From Actinomycetota bacterium (GTDB taxonomy: Bacteria; Actinomycetota; UBA4738; HRBIN12), in contig JBBEAY010000017.1 in assembly GCA_040882605.1 (NCBI GenBank), positions 27,933 to 91,932 on the forward strand: DNA of 64,000 bases, in the 5' to 3' direction. The first letter of the stretch is position 1; each line of letters begins with the position of its first letter. A model generated the notes under the pieces. That model was not told the DNA's origin. It made no database searches and was given only the letters and a program-made list of their open reading frames with translations. A program made the translations under genes and the position numbers. Of the stretch, positions 56,339 to 64,000 are shown piece after piece.

Positions 56339-57384
56339 GCGCGTCGCCGATCGCGTGGGACGCTCAGCGCGCCGAGATTCCGACCTTGCTCGACGCGATC
56401 GGCCGGACCCCGCTGGTGCGTTTGCAACGTGTAGCGCCTCCCGGCGTGGAGGTGTTCGCCAAGGTGGAGTGGTACGGCCCGACGGGATCGGTGAAGGACC
56501 GCATCTACGCCGCGATGCTCGCAAGAGCCGAGGAGCGCGGAGACCTCAAGCCCGGCATGACGATCATCGAGTGCACGACCGGCAACGCCGGGATCGCGTG
56601 CTCGGCGGTCGCGGCGATCAAGGGCTACCGGTGCACGATCGTGATGCCCGAGGGCATGAGCAACGAGCGCAAGACGATGATCAGGGCCTACGGCGCTGAC
56701 CTCGTGCTCACGCCCGGCGCCGGCACCGATATCGACCTGGCGCTCGCGAAGATGCGCGAGATCGTGGCCGCCGACCCCGACAGGTATTTCTTCCCGGGGG
56801 AGTTCGAGAACCCCGACAACCCCGAGGCGCAGCTCGCGAGCGGCGAGGAGATCTGGGAGCAGACCGGTGGTCGCGTCGACGCGGTCGTCGGCGCCCAGGG
56901 CACGGGCGGATGGATCAGCGGGGTCGCACACGCGCTCAAGGCTCGCAACCCGTCGGTGCTCGCCTTCGCGGTCGAGCCGGCCGAATGTCCGCTGATCACC
57001 GATCACACCTGGGGCACCCACGGCGTGCCCGGCATCGCCGATGGCATCGTGCCGGCGAACCTCGATCTCGCCGCGATGGACGGCATCGTCACAGTCTCCA
57101 CCGAGGAAGCGCTCGTGACCGCGCGGCGTCTCGCGCGCGAGGAAGGACTCTTGTGCGGCCCCTCGTCGGGCATCAACGTGGCGGCCGTGCACAAGGTGAT
57201 CGATCATCATCCGGAGCTACACCGCGTCGTGACCGCGATCTGCGATACCGGACAGCGTTACCTGTCGGGTGAGCTCTACGGCGAGAAGCTCGAGGTCGAA
57301 GAACCCGAGCGCGACCACACGCTCGACCCCGACACCGTCACGGCGATCGAGGCACATCGCGACCGCCTCGAGTTCATCTCGTAG
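56335..57384 (+). CDS. PLP-dependent cysteine synthase family enzyme (CysK/CysM-like)
   Basis: PLP-lysine motif GSVKDR, glycine-rich loop GTGGWISG, and the IECTTGNAGIA block. ATGA overlap with the IclR stop, so the two are translationally coupled. Confidence 0.78.
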   Translation: MSASPIAWDAQRAEIPTLLDAIGRTPLVRLQRVAPPGVEVFAKVEWYGPTGSVKDRIYAAMLARAEERGDLKPGMTIIECTTGNAGIACSAVAAIKGYRCTIVMPEGMSNERKTMIRAYGADLVLTPGAGTDIDLALAKMREIVAADPDRYFFPGEFENPDNPEAQLASGEEIWEQTGGRVDAVVGAQGTGGWISGVAHALKARNPSVLAFAVEPAECPLITDHTWGTHGVPGIADGIVPANLDLAAMDGIVTVSTEEALVTARRLAREEGLLCGPSSGINVAAVHKVIDHHPELHRVVTAICDTGQRYLSGELYGEKLEVEEPERDHTLDPDTVTAIEAHRDRLEFIS

Positions 57385-57392
57385 CGATCTCG

Positions 57393-58337
57393 CTAGAGCG
57401 GGTCAGCCTGGAACGTGTCGCAGTCCTTGGGGTCGCCTGAGTCGAAGCCGATCTGGAACCATCTCGCGCGCTGCTCAGACGAGCCGTGGGTCCAGCTCTC
57501 GGGGTCGATGCGCCCCGTGGTCGTCTCCTGGATGCGGTCGTCGCCGACCGACTCGGCCGCGGCAAGGCCTTCCTGCAGGTCGCCCGGCGAGAGCTCCTCA
57601 TCTGCGAAGGCAGCGTGGCCCCAGACTCCGGCGAGGCAGTCGGCCTGCAGCTCGAGTCGAACCGACATGTCGTTGGCGCGACCGGGATCCTCCTGGGAGA
57701 TGCGTTGCACCTCGGCGTTGATGCCGAGCAGGTTCTGCACGTGGTGGCCGTACTCGTGTGCGATCACGTACGCCTGCGCGAAGTCGCCGGGCGCCCCGAA
57801 GCGGGTGCGCAACTCACGGAAGAACGAGAGGTCCAGATATACCTTGCTGTCCGCCGGGCAATAGAACGGGCCGGTCGCGCTGGTGCCGGGTCCGCAAGCA
57901 GTCTGCTTCTGAACCTCGAAGACTGCAAGATTTGCCTCTTCATAGCGCCGACCGGATTCGGCGAAGATATCGGTCCACGTCGCGTTCACGTCGTCGACCA
58001 CCGCGTTCACGAATCCGAAGAGCTTGTCGTCGGGGTCGAGCGGGGTCGTGGTGTCGCCCTCGCCCCCGGCCGGTGCTTGGTCGAGACCCGAGAAGACATC
58101 GCCGCCCAGCACGTCTCCGAGGCCGCCGCCGTCGCCACCGAAGATCTGTGGGCCCACGCAGACCGCAAGCACGATCAACAGCACGATGAGGCCGATGCCC
58201 CCGCCTGTGCCTATCGGGATCGGGAACCCACCTCTGCCGTTGCCTCCCCCCAAGCTCGGGAAGCTCATGCCGCCGCCGGTGGAACCCGTGCCTCGATAGT
58301 CCTCTACGTTCGCGCTTCGTCTGCGTTTCAGTTTCAT
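57393..58337 (-). CDS. Neutral zinc metallopeptidase (YpfJ-like), membrane-anchored
   Basis: HExxH zinc motif in YVIAHEYGHHVQN. N-terminal Gly-rich segment plus one transmembrane helix (IGLIVLLIVLAVCV). Confidence 0.75.
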   Translation of the reverse strand: MKLKRRRSANVEDYRGTGSTGGGMSFPSLGGGNGRGGFPIPIGTGGGIGLIVLLIVLAVCVGPQIFGGDGGGLGDVLGGDVFSGLDQAPAGGEGDTTTPLDPDDKLFGFVNAVVDDVNATWTDIFAESGRRYEEANLAVFEVQKQTACGPGTSATGPFYCPADSKVYLDLSFFRELRTRFGAPGDFAQAYVIAHEYGHHVQNLLGINAEVQRISQEDPGRANDMSVRLELQADCLAGVWGHAAFADEELSPGDLQEGLAAAESVGDDRIQETTTGRIDPESWTHGSSEQRARWFQIGFDSGDPKDCDTFQADPL

Positions 58338-58429
58338 ATCGCCATCGTGTCTTCCCAGGACCGTCGCACTCGAACCCTCTGCCCGGCACCGGTTCCCTCG
58401 TCGCGTCGCCTCGAGATAGGGTTCGCGCC

Positions 58430-59854
58430 ATGACCCAGCCGTGGGAGATGACCGCCACCCGTGCGTTCGATGCGATGCGAGCCCGCGACCTCTCGCCCAT
58501 CGAGCTCCTCGACAGCGTCGAGCAACGTGCGGACGAGGTCGAGCCGGTCGTGAACGCGTTCACGGAGCGTCGCCGCGACGATGCTCGAGCGTCAGCGCAA
58601 GCCAGTGCCGACCGGTACGCGCGAGGTCAGCGGATCCGGCCCCTCGAAGGCCTGCCCGTCGCGATGAAGGAAGAGGTGCCGGTCGTCGGATGGCGCATGC
58701 GATACGGATCGCTCGCGATCGACGAGGTCGCGACCGAGACCGCGCCGATCGCCGAGCGCATCATCAAGGCCGGGGCGGTCGTGCACGCTCGCACCACGAC
58801 CCCGGAGTTCAGCTGCGTGGGCTACACGCACTCGAAGCTGTGGGGCGTCACCCGCAACCCGTGGAACCCGACGGTCGCCGTGGGCGGGTCCAGCGGTGGC
58901 TCGGGCGCGTCGCTCGCGAGCGGAACGTCACTGCTCGCGAGCGGATCAGACATCGGGGGGTCGATCCGCATCCCCGCGTCGATCAACGGGGTCGTGGGGT
59001 TCAAGCCACCCCACGGCCGGGTGCCGACCGGTCCGCCGTTCAACCTCGACCGGTACTGCCACGACGGTCCTCTCGCTCGCACGGTCGGCGACTGCGCTCT
59101 CTTCGAGAACGCGCTCGCCGGCCCGCACCCGGCCGACGTGACGTCGCTGCGGCCGAAAGTGCGCATCCCCACCGAGCTCAAGGGCATCGAGGGTTGGCGC
59201 ATCGGTCTCTCCGTCGACCTCGGGTGCTGGCAGGTCGACCCCGAGGTCGAAGCGAACACGCGCGCGGCGGCCGCAGCTCTCGAGGGCGCCGGCGCGATCG
59301 TCGAGGAAGTCGCGATCCCCTGGGAGTTCGAGCATGTGCTCGCGACAGCCCGTCGGCACTTCGCGGCCATCTTCGGCGCCGAGATCGCCGGCGCGGCCGA
59401 TGAATTCGGTGACCAGGTCAACGACTACGTGATCGCGTGGGCCGAGGAAGCGCGCGCATTCCTGGCTGAGCCGCGCGGGTTCCTCACGGGCCTCGAGGGC
59501 GAGCAAGCCATGTGGAAACCGGTCGGGAAGCTGCTGCAGCGCTACCGGGCGATCGTGTGTCCGACCTGGGCGGTCACCGGCATCCCCGCCGGCGACAGCT
59601 ACCTCGGCACGATGTTCGAGGGCGGCGGCCCGAACGACCGGCAGTTCACCGCGTACATGACGACGCCGTTCAACGTGCTGTCGCCGTGCCCGGTGCTCGC
59701 GGTGCCGAGCGGTGTAGCTTCCAACGGTGTGCCGACCGGCGTGCAGATCGTTGCGCGCACGTTCGACGACGTGAGCGCGTTCCGTATCGGAGCGGCACTC
59801 GAGCGGGTGCGGCCATGGGCCGGGGTGGCTCGCGAAGTGCCGGTGTTCCCATGA
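58430..59854 (+). CDS. Amidase (amidase-signature family)
   Basis: Gly/Ser-rich signature region GGSSGGSGASLASG with the catalytic Ser-cisSer-Lys context (PVAMKEE ... ). About 470 aa. Confidence 0.82.
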   Translation: MTQPWEMTATRAFDAMRARDLSPIELLDSVEQRADEVEPVVNAFTERRRDDARASAQASADRYARGQRIRPLEGLPVAMKEEVPVVGWRMRYGSLAIDEVATETAPIAERIIKAGAVVHARTTTPEFSCVGYTHSKLWGVTRNPWNPTVAVGGSSGGSGASLASGTSLLASGSDIGGSIRIPASINGVVGFKPPHGRVPTGPPFNLDRYCHDGPLARTVGDCALFENALAGPHPADVTSLRPKVRIPTELKGIEGWRIGLSVDLGCWQVDPEVEANTRAAAAALEGAGAIVEEVAIPWEFEHVLATARRHFAAIFGAEIAGAADEFGDQVNDYVIAWAEEARAFLAEPRGFLTGLEGEQAMWKPVGKLLQRYRAIVCPTWAVTGIPAGDSYLGTMFEGGGPNDRQFTAYMTTPFNVLSPCPVLAVPSGVASNGVPTGVQIVARTFDDVSAFRIGAALERVRPWAGVAREVPVFP

Positions 59855-60975
59855 CAGACGTCGAAGCACGACTGCAGGCGCTCGCCGACCGCGACGCTGC
59901 GGAGTGGCCTCAGTCGCCGGCTCGGTTGCTGCACGTATCGGCGCCGGGACTCGACGTTGACGTCGAGGTGGCGACGGGCGCCGCAGACCGTGCCACCGGC
60001 GAGCCACTCGCGCCCGGATCGCGCTTCCGCATCGCGAGCGTCACGAAACCGTTCGTTTCGGCGAGCGCGCTGCGGCTCGTGGAACACGGGCTGCTCGCGC
60101 TCGACGCGTCTCTCGACTCACTGCTCCCGAGTGACTACCGCGACGTGCTGCGCGCGGGTGACTACGACACAGGCAAGATCACGCTACGACACCTTCTCAC
60201 CCACACGAGTGGCATCTACGACTTCGCGGCCTCGGCATACGACGCGTCGATCACCGATGGGTTCGACCAGGCGATCGCGGCCGATCCGTCGCACCGGTGG
60301 ACCCGACTCGAGCAAGTCCGATTCGCGGTCGGTCACGGGAAGCCGTATGGCGCGCCAGGTGAGGTTTACGGCTACTCCGATACGAACGCATGCCTGGTCG
60401 GAGAGCTGCTCGAGCAGGCGACCGGGCTCGGCATGGGCGAGGCGATCGCGGGGCTCGTGGGGTTCGGCCGGCTCGGTCTGCGTCAGACCTATCTCGAGTC
60501 GATCGACCCCGAGCCGGCCGACGCGCCGCAGTGGTCACATCAGTACGAGCGCGACGTAGACATCGCGACGATCGACCCAAGCGTCGACCTATGGGGCGGC
60601 GGCGGCCTCGTCTCGACCTGCCGAGACCTCGCTCGGTTCTTCCGGTCGCTGCTTCGAGGCGCGGTGTTCGATCGCTCCGAGACGCTTGCGACGATGACGA
60701 CGCGGCTCGGCGGCGTGCCGCGAACGCCGGAGATGACGAGCGACGACGACCCGGGTGACCACGCGATGTACTTGTTCCATGCCGACATCGCCGGCGAGGA
60801 ATGGTGGGGTCACGACGGCTGGTGGGGCACCACCGCCTACACGTGTCCCCGACTCGACATCACGGTGGTGGCCGGCCATCAACAGGCCTACATGCCCAAG
60901 GGATTCGACCGCATGGCAGTGATCGAACAGGCCATGTCCCTCGCGATCGGGGGCCGAAGCGGTCCGGGTGGATGA
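59851..60975 (+). CDS. Serine hydrolase, beta-lactamase/penicillin-binding family
   Basis: Start at MTDVEARL, an ATGA overlap with the amidase. SxxK motif in FRIASVTKPF, and class-C-like downstream motifs. Confidence 0.75.
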   Translation: MTDVEARLQALADRDAAEWPQSPARLLHVSAPGLDVDVEVATGAADRATGEPLAPGSRFRIASVTKPFVSASALRLVEHGLLALDASLDSLLPSDYRDVLRAGDYDTGKITLRHLLTHTSGIYDFAASAYDASITDGFDQAIAADPSHRWTRLEQVRFAVGHGKPYGAPGEVYGYSDTNACLVGELLEQATGLGMGEAIAGLVGFGRLGLRQTYLESIDPEPADAPQWSHQYERDVDIATIDPSVDLWGGGGLVSTCRDLARFFRSLLRGAVFDRSETLATMTTRLGGVPRTPEMTSDDDPGDHAMYLFHADIAGEEWWGHDGWWGTTAYTCPRLDITVVAGHQQAYMPKGFDRMAVIEQAMSLAIGGRSGPGG

Positions 60976-61005
60976 CAGGCCTCTCGAAGCTGCGATCTTC
61001 GCGGG

Positions 61006-61066
61006 GCGACTAGGCAGGGACCTCCGTACTTCCACCTCGGTGCCACTAAGGAGGTCCTTGCCAAGT
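61006..61066. repeat. Hairpin-forming intergenic element, copy 2; coordinates approximate
   Basis: ctaggcagggacctccgta ... taaggaggtccttgccaag. The left arm is 19/20 identical to copy 1 at about 15610. The right arm shares GGAGGTCCTTGC. Confidence 0.45.
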
Positions 61067-61135
61067 CGCTGGGACGAGAAGGGTCCCGACCCTCAGTTCA
61101 CGGCCGTCGTCCAGCCTGGCCTAGACTTCCGCGCC

Positions 61136-62314
61136 ATGACGACCTACCCGCTTTCGGACGAGGACCGCGCGATCCAGGAGCGCACACGACACTTCGTGGA
61201 CGAGGACTTGATCCCCTGGGAAGAGCGCGCTGAGGCCAACCAGGGTCAGATCCCCGACGATGTGCGCAACCAGCATCACGACAAGGCGATCGAGCTGGGT
61301 CTCTTCGCGATGAACATGCCCACGGAGCTCGGCGGCACGGGTTTGACCACCTTGCAGCAGGTGCTCGTGAGCGAGCAGATCGGCCGCGTCACGAACGCGC
61401 TCGGCTGGTGCGTGCACACCCCGCCTGCATGGGCGCCCGCGGTTGTGAGCGAGCAGCAGATGAACACCTGGATTTTGCCGTCGATCCGCGGCGAGCTGCA
61501 CGAGTGCTACGCGATCACCGAGGCAGGCGCCGGCAGCGACGTCGATGCGATCGAGGCCACCGCCCGCCGCGACGGTGACGAGTACGTGTTGAGCGGCGAG
61601 AAGATGCACGTGACTTCGTACAACAACGCCAGCTACTGCTTCTTCCAGGCGAAGATCGTCGGCGGGACCAACGAGGGCGCGCACGCGATGTTCTTCGTCG
61701 ACAAGACCACGCAGGGCGTGCGGCTCGTGCGTGAGCCGGCTTACACCCACACATACCCCGACACGCACGCCGTGGTCGCGTTCGACGATGTGCGGGTTCC
61801 GGCCGCCAATCTCGTGGGGAAGGAAGGCGACGGCATGTCGTTCACCTACGAGTGGTTCCGCTACGAGCGGTTGATGATCGCCGCTCGCTGCTGCGGCGCC
61901 TCCGAGCGCTTGATCGACGAGGCCACGGTGTTCGCGCAAGAGCGGGTGCAGTTCGGGCGGCCCATCATCGAGAACCAGGCGATCTCGCACATGCTCGCCG
62001 ACTCACTCACCGAGCTCTGGGCCGCGAGGCTCATGACGTACCGCCTCGCCGAGAACATCGACGCCGGTGTCGATGTGAAGATCCAGCACGGGCAATGCTC
62101 GATGGCCAAGTTGTACGCGAGCGAGATGGCCGGCCGCGTGGCCGACCGCGCCGTGCAGATCTTCGGCGGCCGGGGGTACATGCGGGAGAACGTGGCCGAG
62201 CGCTTCTGGCGAGAGCTGCGCGTCGACCGAATCTGGGAAGGCACGAGCGAGGTGCAGCGCAACATCATCGCCGACCAGCTGCAGAAGCGAGGAGCGCAGT
62301 CGCTCGTTGGCTGA
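61136..62314 (+). CDS. Acyl-CoA dehydrogenase
   Basis: Start at Met57 (MTTYPLSDED). ACAD three-domain pattern with the C-terminal catalytic-base region (QIFGGRGYMRENVAERFWRELRVDRIWEGTSEVQR). Confidence 0.85.
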   Translation: MTTYPLSDEDRAIQERTRHFVDEDLIPWEERAEANQGQIPDDVRNQHHDKAIELGLFAMNMPTELGGTGLTTLQQVLVSEQIGRVTNALGWCVHTPPAWAPAVVSEQQMNTWILPSIRGELHECYAITEAGAGSDVDAIEATARRDGDEYVLSGEKMHVTSYNNASYCFFQAKIVGGTNEGAHAMFFVDKTTQGVRLVREPAYTHTYPDTHAVVAFDDVRVPAANLVGKEGDGMSFTYEWFRYERLMIAARCCGASERLIDEATVFAQERVQFGRPIIENQAISHMLADSLTELWAARLMTYRLAENIDAGVDVKIQHGQCSMAKLYASEMAGRVADRAVQIFGGRGYMRENVAERFWRELRVDRIWEGTSEVQRNIIADQLQKRGAQSLVG

Positions 62315-62329
62315 CCATCATGGATCGAC

Positions 62330-63436
62330 TTAGCTAACCCCGCTGAGCACGGCTGCGTCGTCGCGCGCCCAGGTCAGCACGACCTCGTCGCCCTCGCTCA
62401 CCGCCGAGGAACGGTCGTCGCTCAGGCGGTGCACGATCAGCCGCTTTCCGATCGCGGTGTCGACGTAGAACTGCGTCAACGTGCCGAGGTACACGACCTG
62501 GCGCACCGTGCCCGAAAGGCGTGAGCCGCTGTTCGTCGTGGGTTCGCCGACGATCAGCTCCACCCGCTCCGGGCGAACCGCCACGAGAAGCGACGACCCT
62601 ATGCCAGCATCGATGCCCGCGGGCCCGACCGGCACCACGATCCGATCGCGGTCGCTTACCTTCATCACGAGATCCTCGCCTGCGACCTCGTCGACGCGCA
62701 CGTCCATCGCGTTCAGCACGCCCACGAAGTCGGCCACGAACGGCGTCGCGGGCTGCTCGTAGACCTCGCGAGGGGCCCCGAGCTGCTCGATCACGCCCTG
62801 GTTCATGACGGCGATCCGGTCGCTCATCGACAGCGCCTCGTCCTGGTCGTGGGTGACGTAGACGAACGTGGTGTTGAGCTCGTGCTGGATGCGCTTGAGC
62901 TCGAGCTGCATCGCCTTGCGCAGCTTCACGTCGAGGGCGCCGAGCGGCTCGTCGAGCAACAGGGCCGCCGGCTGGTTCACGAGCGCGCGGGCGAGCGCGA
63001 CACGCTGCTGCTGCCCACCCGAGAGCTGGTTGGGCTTGCGCGCCTGCATACCCGCGAGCCCGACGATCTCGAGCATCTCGCCCACGATCTTCTGCCGGTC
63101 GCCCTTGGGCACCTTCTTGAGCTTCAGCCCGTACTCGATGTTCTTCTCTACGTCCATGTGCGGGAACAGCGCGTACTGCTGGAAGCACATGTTCACCTCG
63201 CGCTTGTTCGGCGGTACCCCGACCACGTCGGTGCCTCGGAGCAGGATCGTGCCGTCGTCGGGCTCCTCGAACCCCGCGATCATGCGCATCGTCGTCGTCT
63301 TGCCGCAGCCCGACGGCCCGAGCAGCGTGATGAATTCGCCCTCGGCGATGTCGAGCGAGATGCCGTCGACGGCGTGCACGTCACCGAACGACTTGCGGAC
63401 CCTATCGATGCTGATCGCCACCCCCGTCTCGGTCAT
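62330..63436 (-). CDS. ABC transporter ATP-binding protein, PotA type (third system)
   Basis: Trimmed to Met106 (MTETGVAIS). Walker [10 protein letters not shown], signature [15 protein letters not shown], and a C-terminal TOBE-like domain. Confidence 0.85.
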   Translation of the reverse strand: MTETGVAISIDRVRKSFGDVHAVDGISLDIAEGEFITLLGPSGCGKTTTMRMIAGFEEPDDGTILLRGTDVVGVPPNKREVNMCFQQYALFPHMDVEKNIEYGLKLKKVPKGDRQKIVGEMLEIVGLAGMQARKPNQLSGGQQQRVALARALVNQPAALLLDEPLGALDVKLRKAMQLELKRIQHELNTTFVYVTHDQDEALSMSDRIAVMNQGVIEQLGAPREVYEQPATPFVADFVGVLNAMDVRVDEVAGEDLVMKVSDRDRIVVPVGPAGIDAGIGSSLLVAVRPERVELIVGEPTTNSGSRLSGTVRQVVYLGTLTQFYVDTAIGKRLIVHRLSDDRSSAVSEGDEVVLTWARDDAAVLSGVS

Positions 63437-64000
63437 GCCGTTGCCACCTCTTCCTCTTGCGCGGTCGTGGCAGCCTCGAGCCGCCGGTCGGTCACACGCC
63501 GCAGCAGTTCGGCAGTGATCACGACGACCGCCGATACCAGCAGGATCACGACGGCCACCGCGATCACCTGGGGAAGCTGGCGAGGCAGTCGCAGTTGCGA
63601 GTACAGGTACACGGGGAACGTGACCTCTTTGCCCGCGATGAACGACGCGATGACGATCTCGTCGAACGAGATCACGAAGCTCAGCAGGAAAGCCGAGAAG
63701 ATCGCCGGCGCCATAAGCGGGAAGGTGATCTGCCGGAACGTCGTGAGCCACCCGGCGCCGAGGTCACGCGAGGCTTCCTCGAGCGCTGCGGGGATGCGTT
63801 CGAGCCGAGGCGCGAGGGTGAGGATCGCAAACGGAAGCGCGATGACGATGTGACCGATGGAAATCGTGATCGGTGAGAATGGTATGCCGATCGCGTTGAA
63901 CAGGATCAGCAGGGCGATGCCCAAGACCACGAGTGGGATCACGAGAGGAGCGAGCATCATCCCCGAGACCAGGCCCTTGCCGACGAAGCGACGCCGCACC
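63433..64000 (-). CDS. ABC transporter permease (PotC/PotB-like), C-terminal part; gene continues beyond the window
   Basis: Hydrophobic, with EAA loop LEEASRDLGAGWLTTFRQITFPL. ATGA overlap with the downstream ATPase. Confidence 0.8.
   Translation of the reverse strand, partial: VRRRFVGKGLVSGMMLAPLVIPLVVLGIALLILFNAIGIPFSPITISIGHIVIALPFAILTLAPRLERIPAALEEASRDLGAGWLTTFRQITFPLMAPAIFSAFLLSFVISFDEIVIASFIAGKEVTFPVYLYSQLRLPRQLPQVIAVAVVILLVSAVVVITAELLRRVTDRRLEAATTAQEEEVATA

Noticed and set aside
1-64000. CRISPR arrays
   Set aside because: The only direct repeats are 2-3 copies inside coding sequence or intergenic operators, of 12 and 27 bp. There is no repeat-spacer periodicity and no cas genes.
1-64000. 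tRNA, rRNA or other structured RNA genes in intergenic gaps
   Set aside because: Intergenic gaps are mostly 0-160 bp. The only long one (45406-45833) shows no tRNA cloverleaf, no T-loop GTTCGA motif and no recognisable riboswitch consensus. This cannot be excluded without an Rfam scan.

Overview
This is a 64 kb, ~70% GC, gene-dense window from what is most likely an actinobacterial chromosome. Three things point that way: an MMPL transporter, an F420-type luciferase-like oxidoreductase, and frequent GTGA/ATGA start-stop overlaps. I found no rRNA, tRNA, CRISPR array, transposase or integrase.

The left half (1-29 kb) holds housekeeping and accessory genes:
- a DEAD-box helicase fragment and a PAS-GGDEF-EAL c-di-GMP protein;
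- a tdh-kbl threonine catabolism pair;
- a TetR regulator divergent from an MMPL transporter;
- assorted oxidoreductases and an MFS transporter;
- two PotD-type polyamine-like ABC uptake systems plus a flavin amine oxidase;
- a crotonase, an NDP-forming acyl-CoA synthetase and an EamA transporter that are translationally coupled.

The right half (29-57 kb) is one contiguous catabolic island and the most notable feature of the window. By gene content it converts glycine betaine (or a related quaternary amine) to glycine, sending all three methyl groups into the tetrahydrofolate pool. Its parts, in order, are:
- an OpuA/ProVWX-type betaine ABC importer, with a fused double ProW permease;
- a histidine/phenylalanine ammonia-lyase homolog whose MIO-forming Ala-Ser-Gly triad reads Gly-Gln-Ala;
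- an IclR regulator;
- an 837-aa dimethylglycine oxidase;
- an operon normally associated with anaerobes, coding for a non-pyrrolysine MttB-family methyltransferase, a B12-binding corrinoid protein, a small unknown protein, a pterin-binding methyl-THF:corrinoid methyltransferase and a RamA-type corrinoid reductive activase, followed by MetF;
- two complete paralogous heterotetrameric sarcosine oxidase operons (soxDAGB on the + strand, soxB-[frameshifted yjbR-like]-soxDAG on the - strand) arranged convergently;
- a second IclR regulator coupled to a CysK-like PLP enzyme.

The combination of a corrinoid-dependent first demethylation with O2-dependent oxidases for the second and third is the candidate new system. 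The right end (57-64 kb) has a Zn-peptidase, an amidase, a serine hydrolase, an acyl-CoA dehydrogenase and a third, partial, PotA/permease pair.

Other observations: a near-identical hairpin repeat at two intergenic sites, several palindromic candidate operators with near-consensus -35/-10 boxes, an in-frame 27-bp tandem duplication at the 3' end of soxD, and a 12-bp x3 tandem repeat coding KPAKKPAKKP inside the dimethylglycine oxidase.

Every functional call is inferred from motifs and family resemblance read in the translations. No database search was run.
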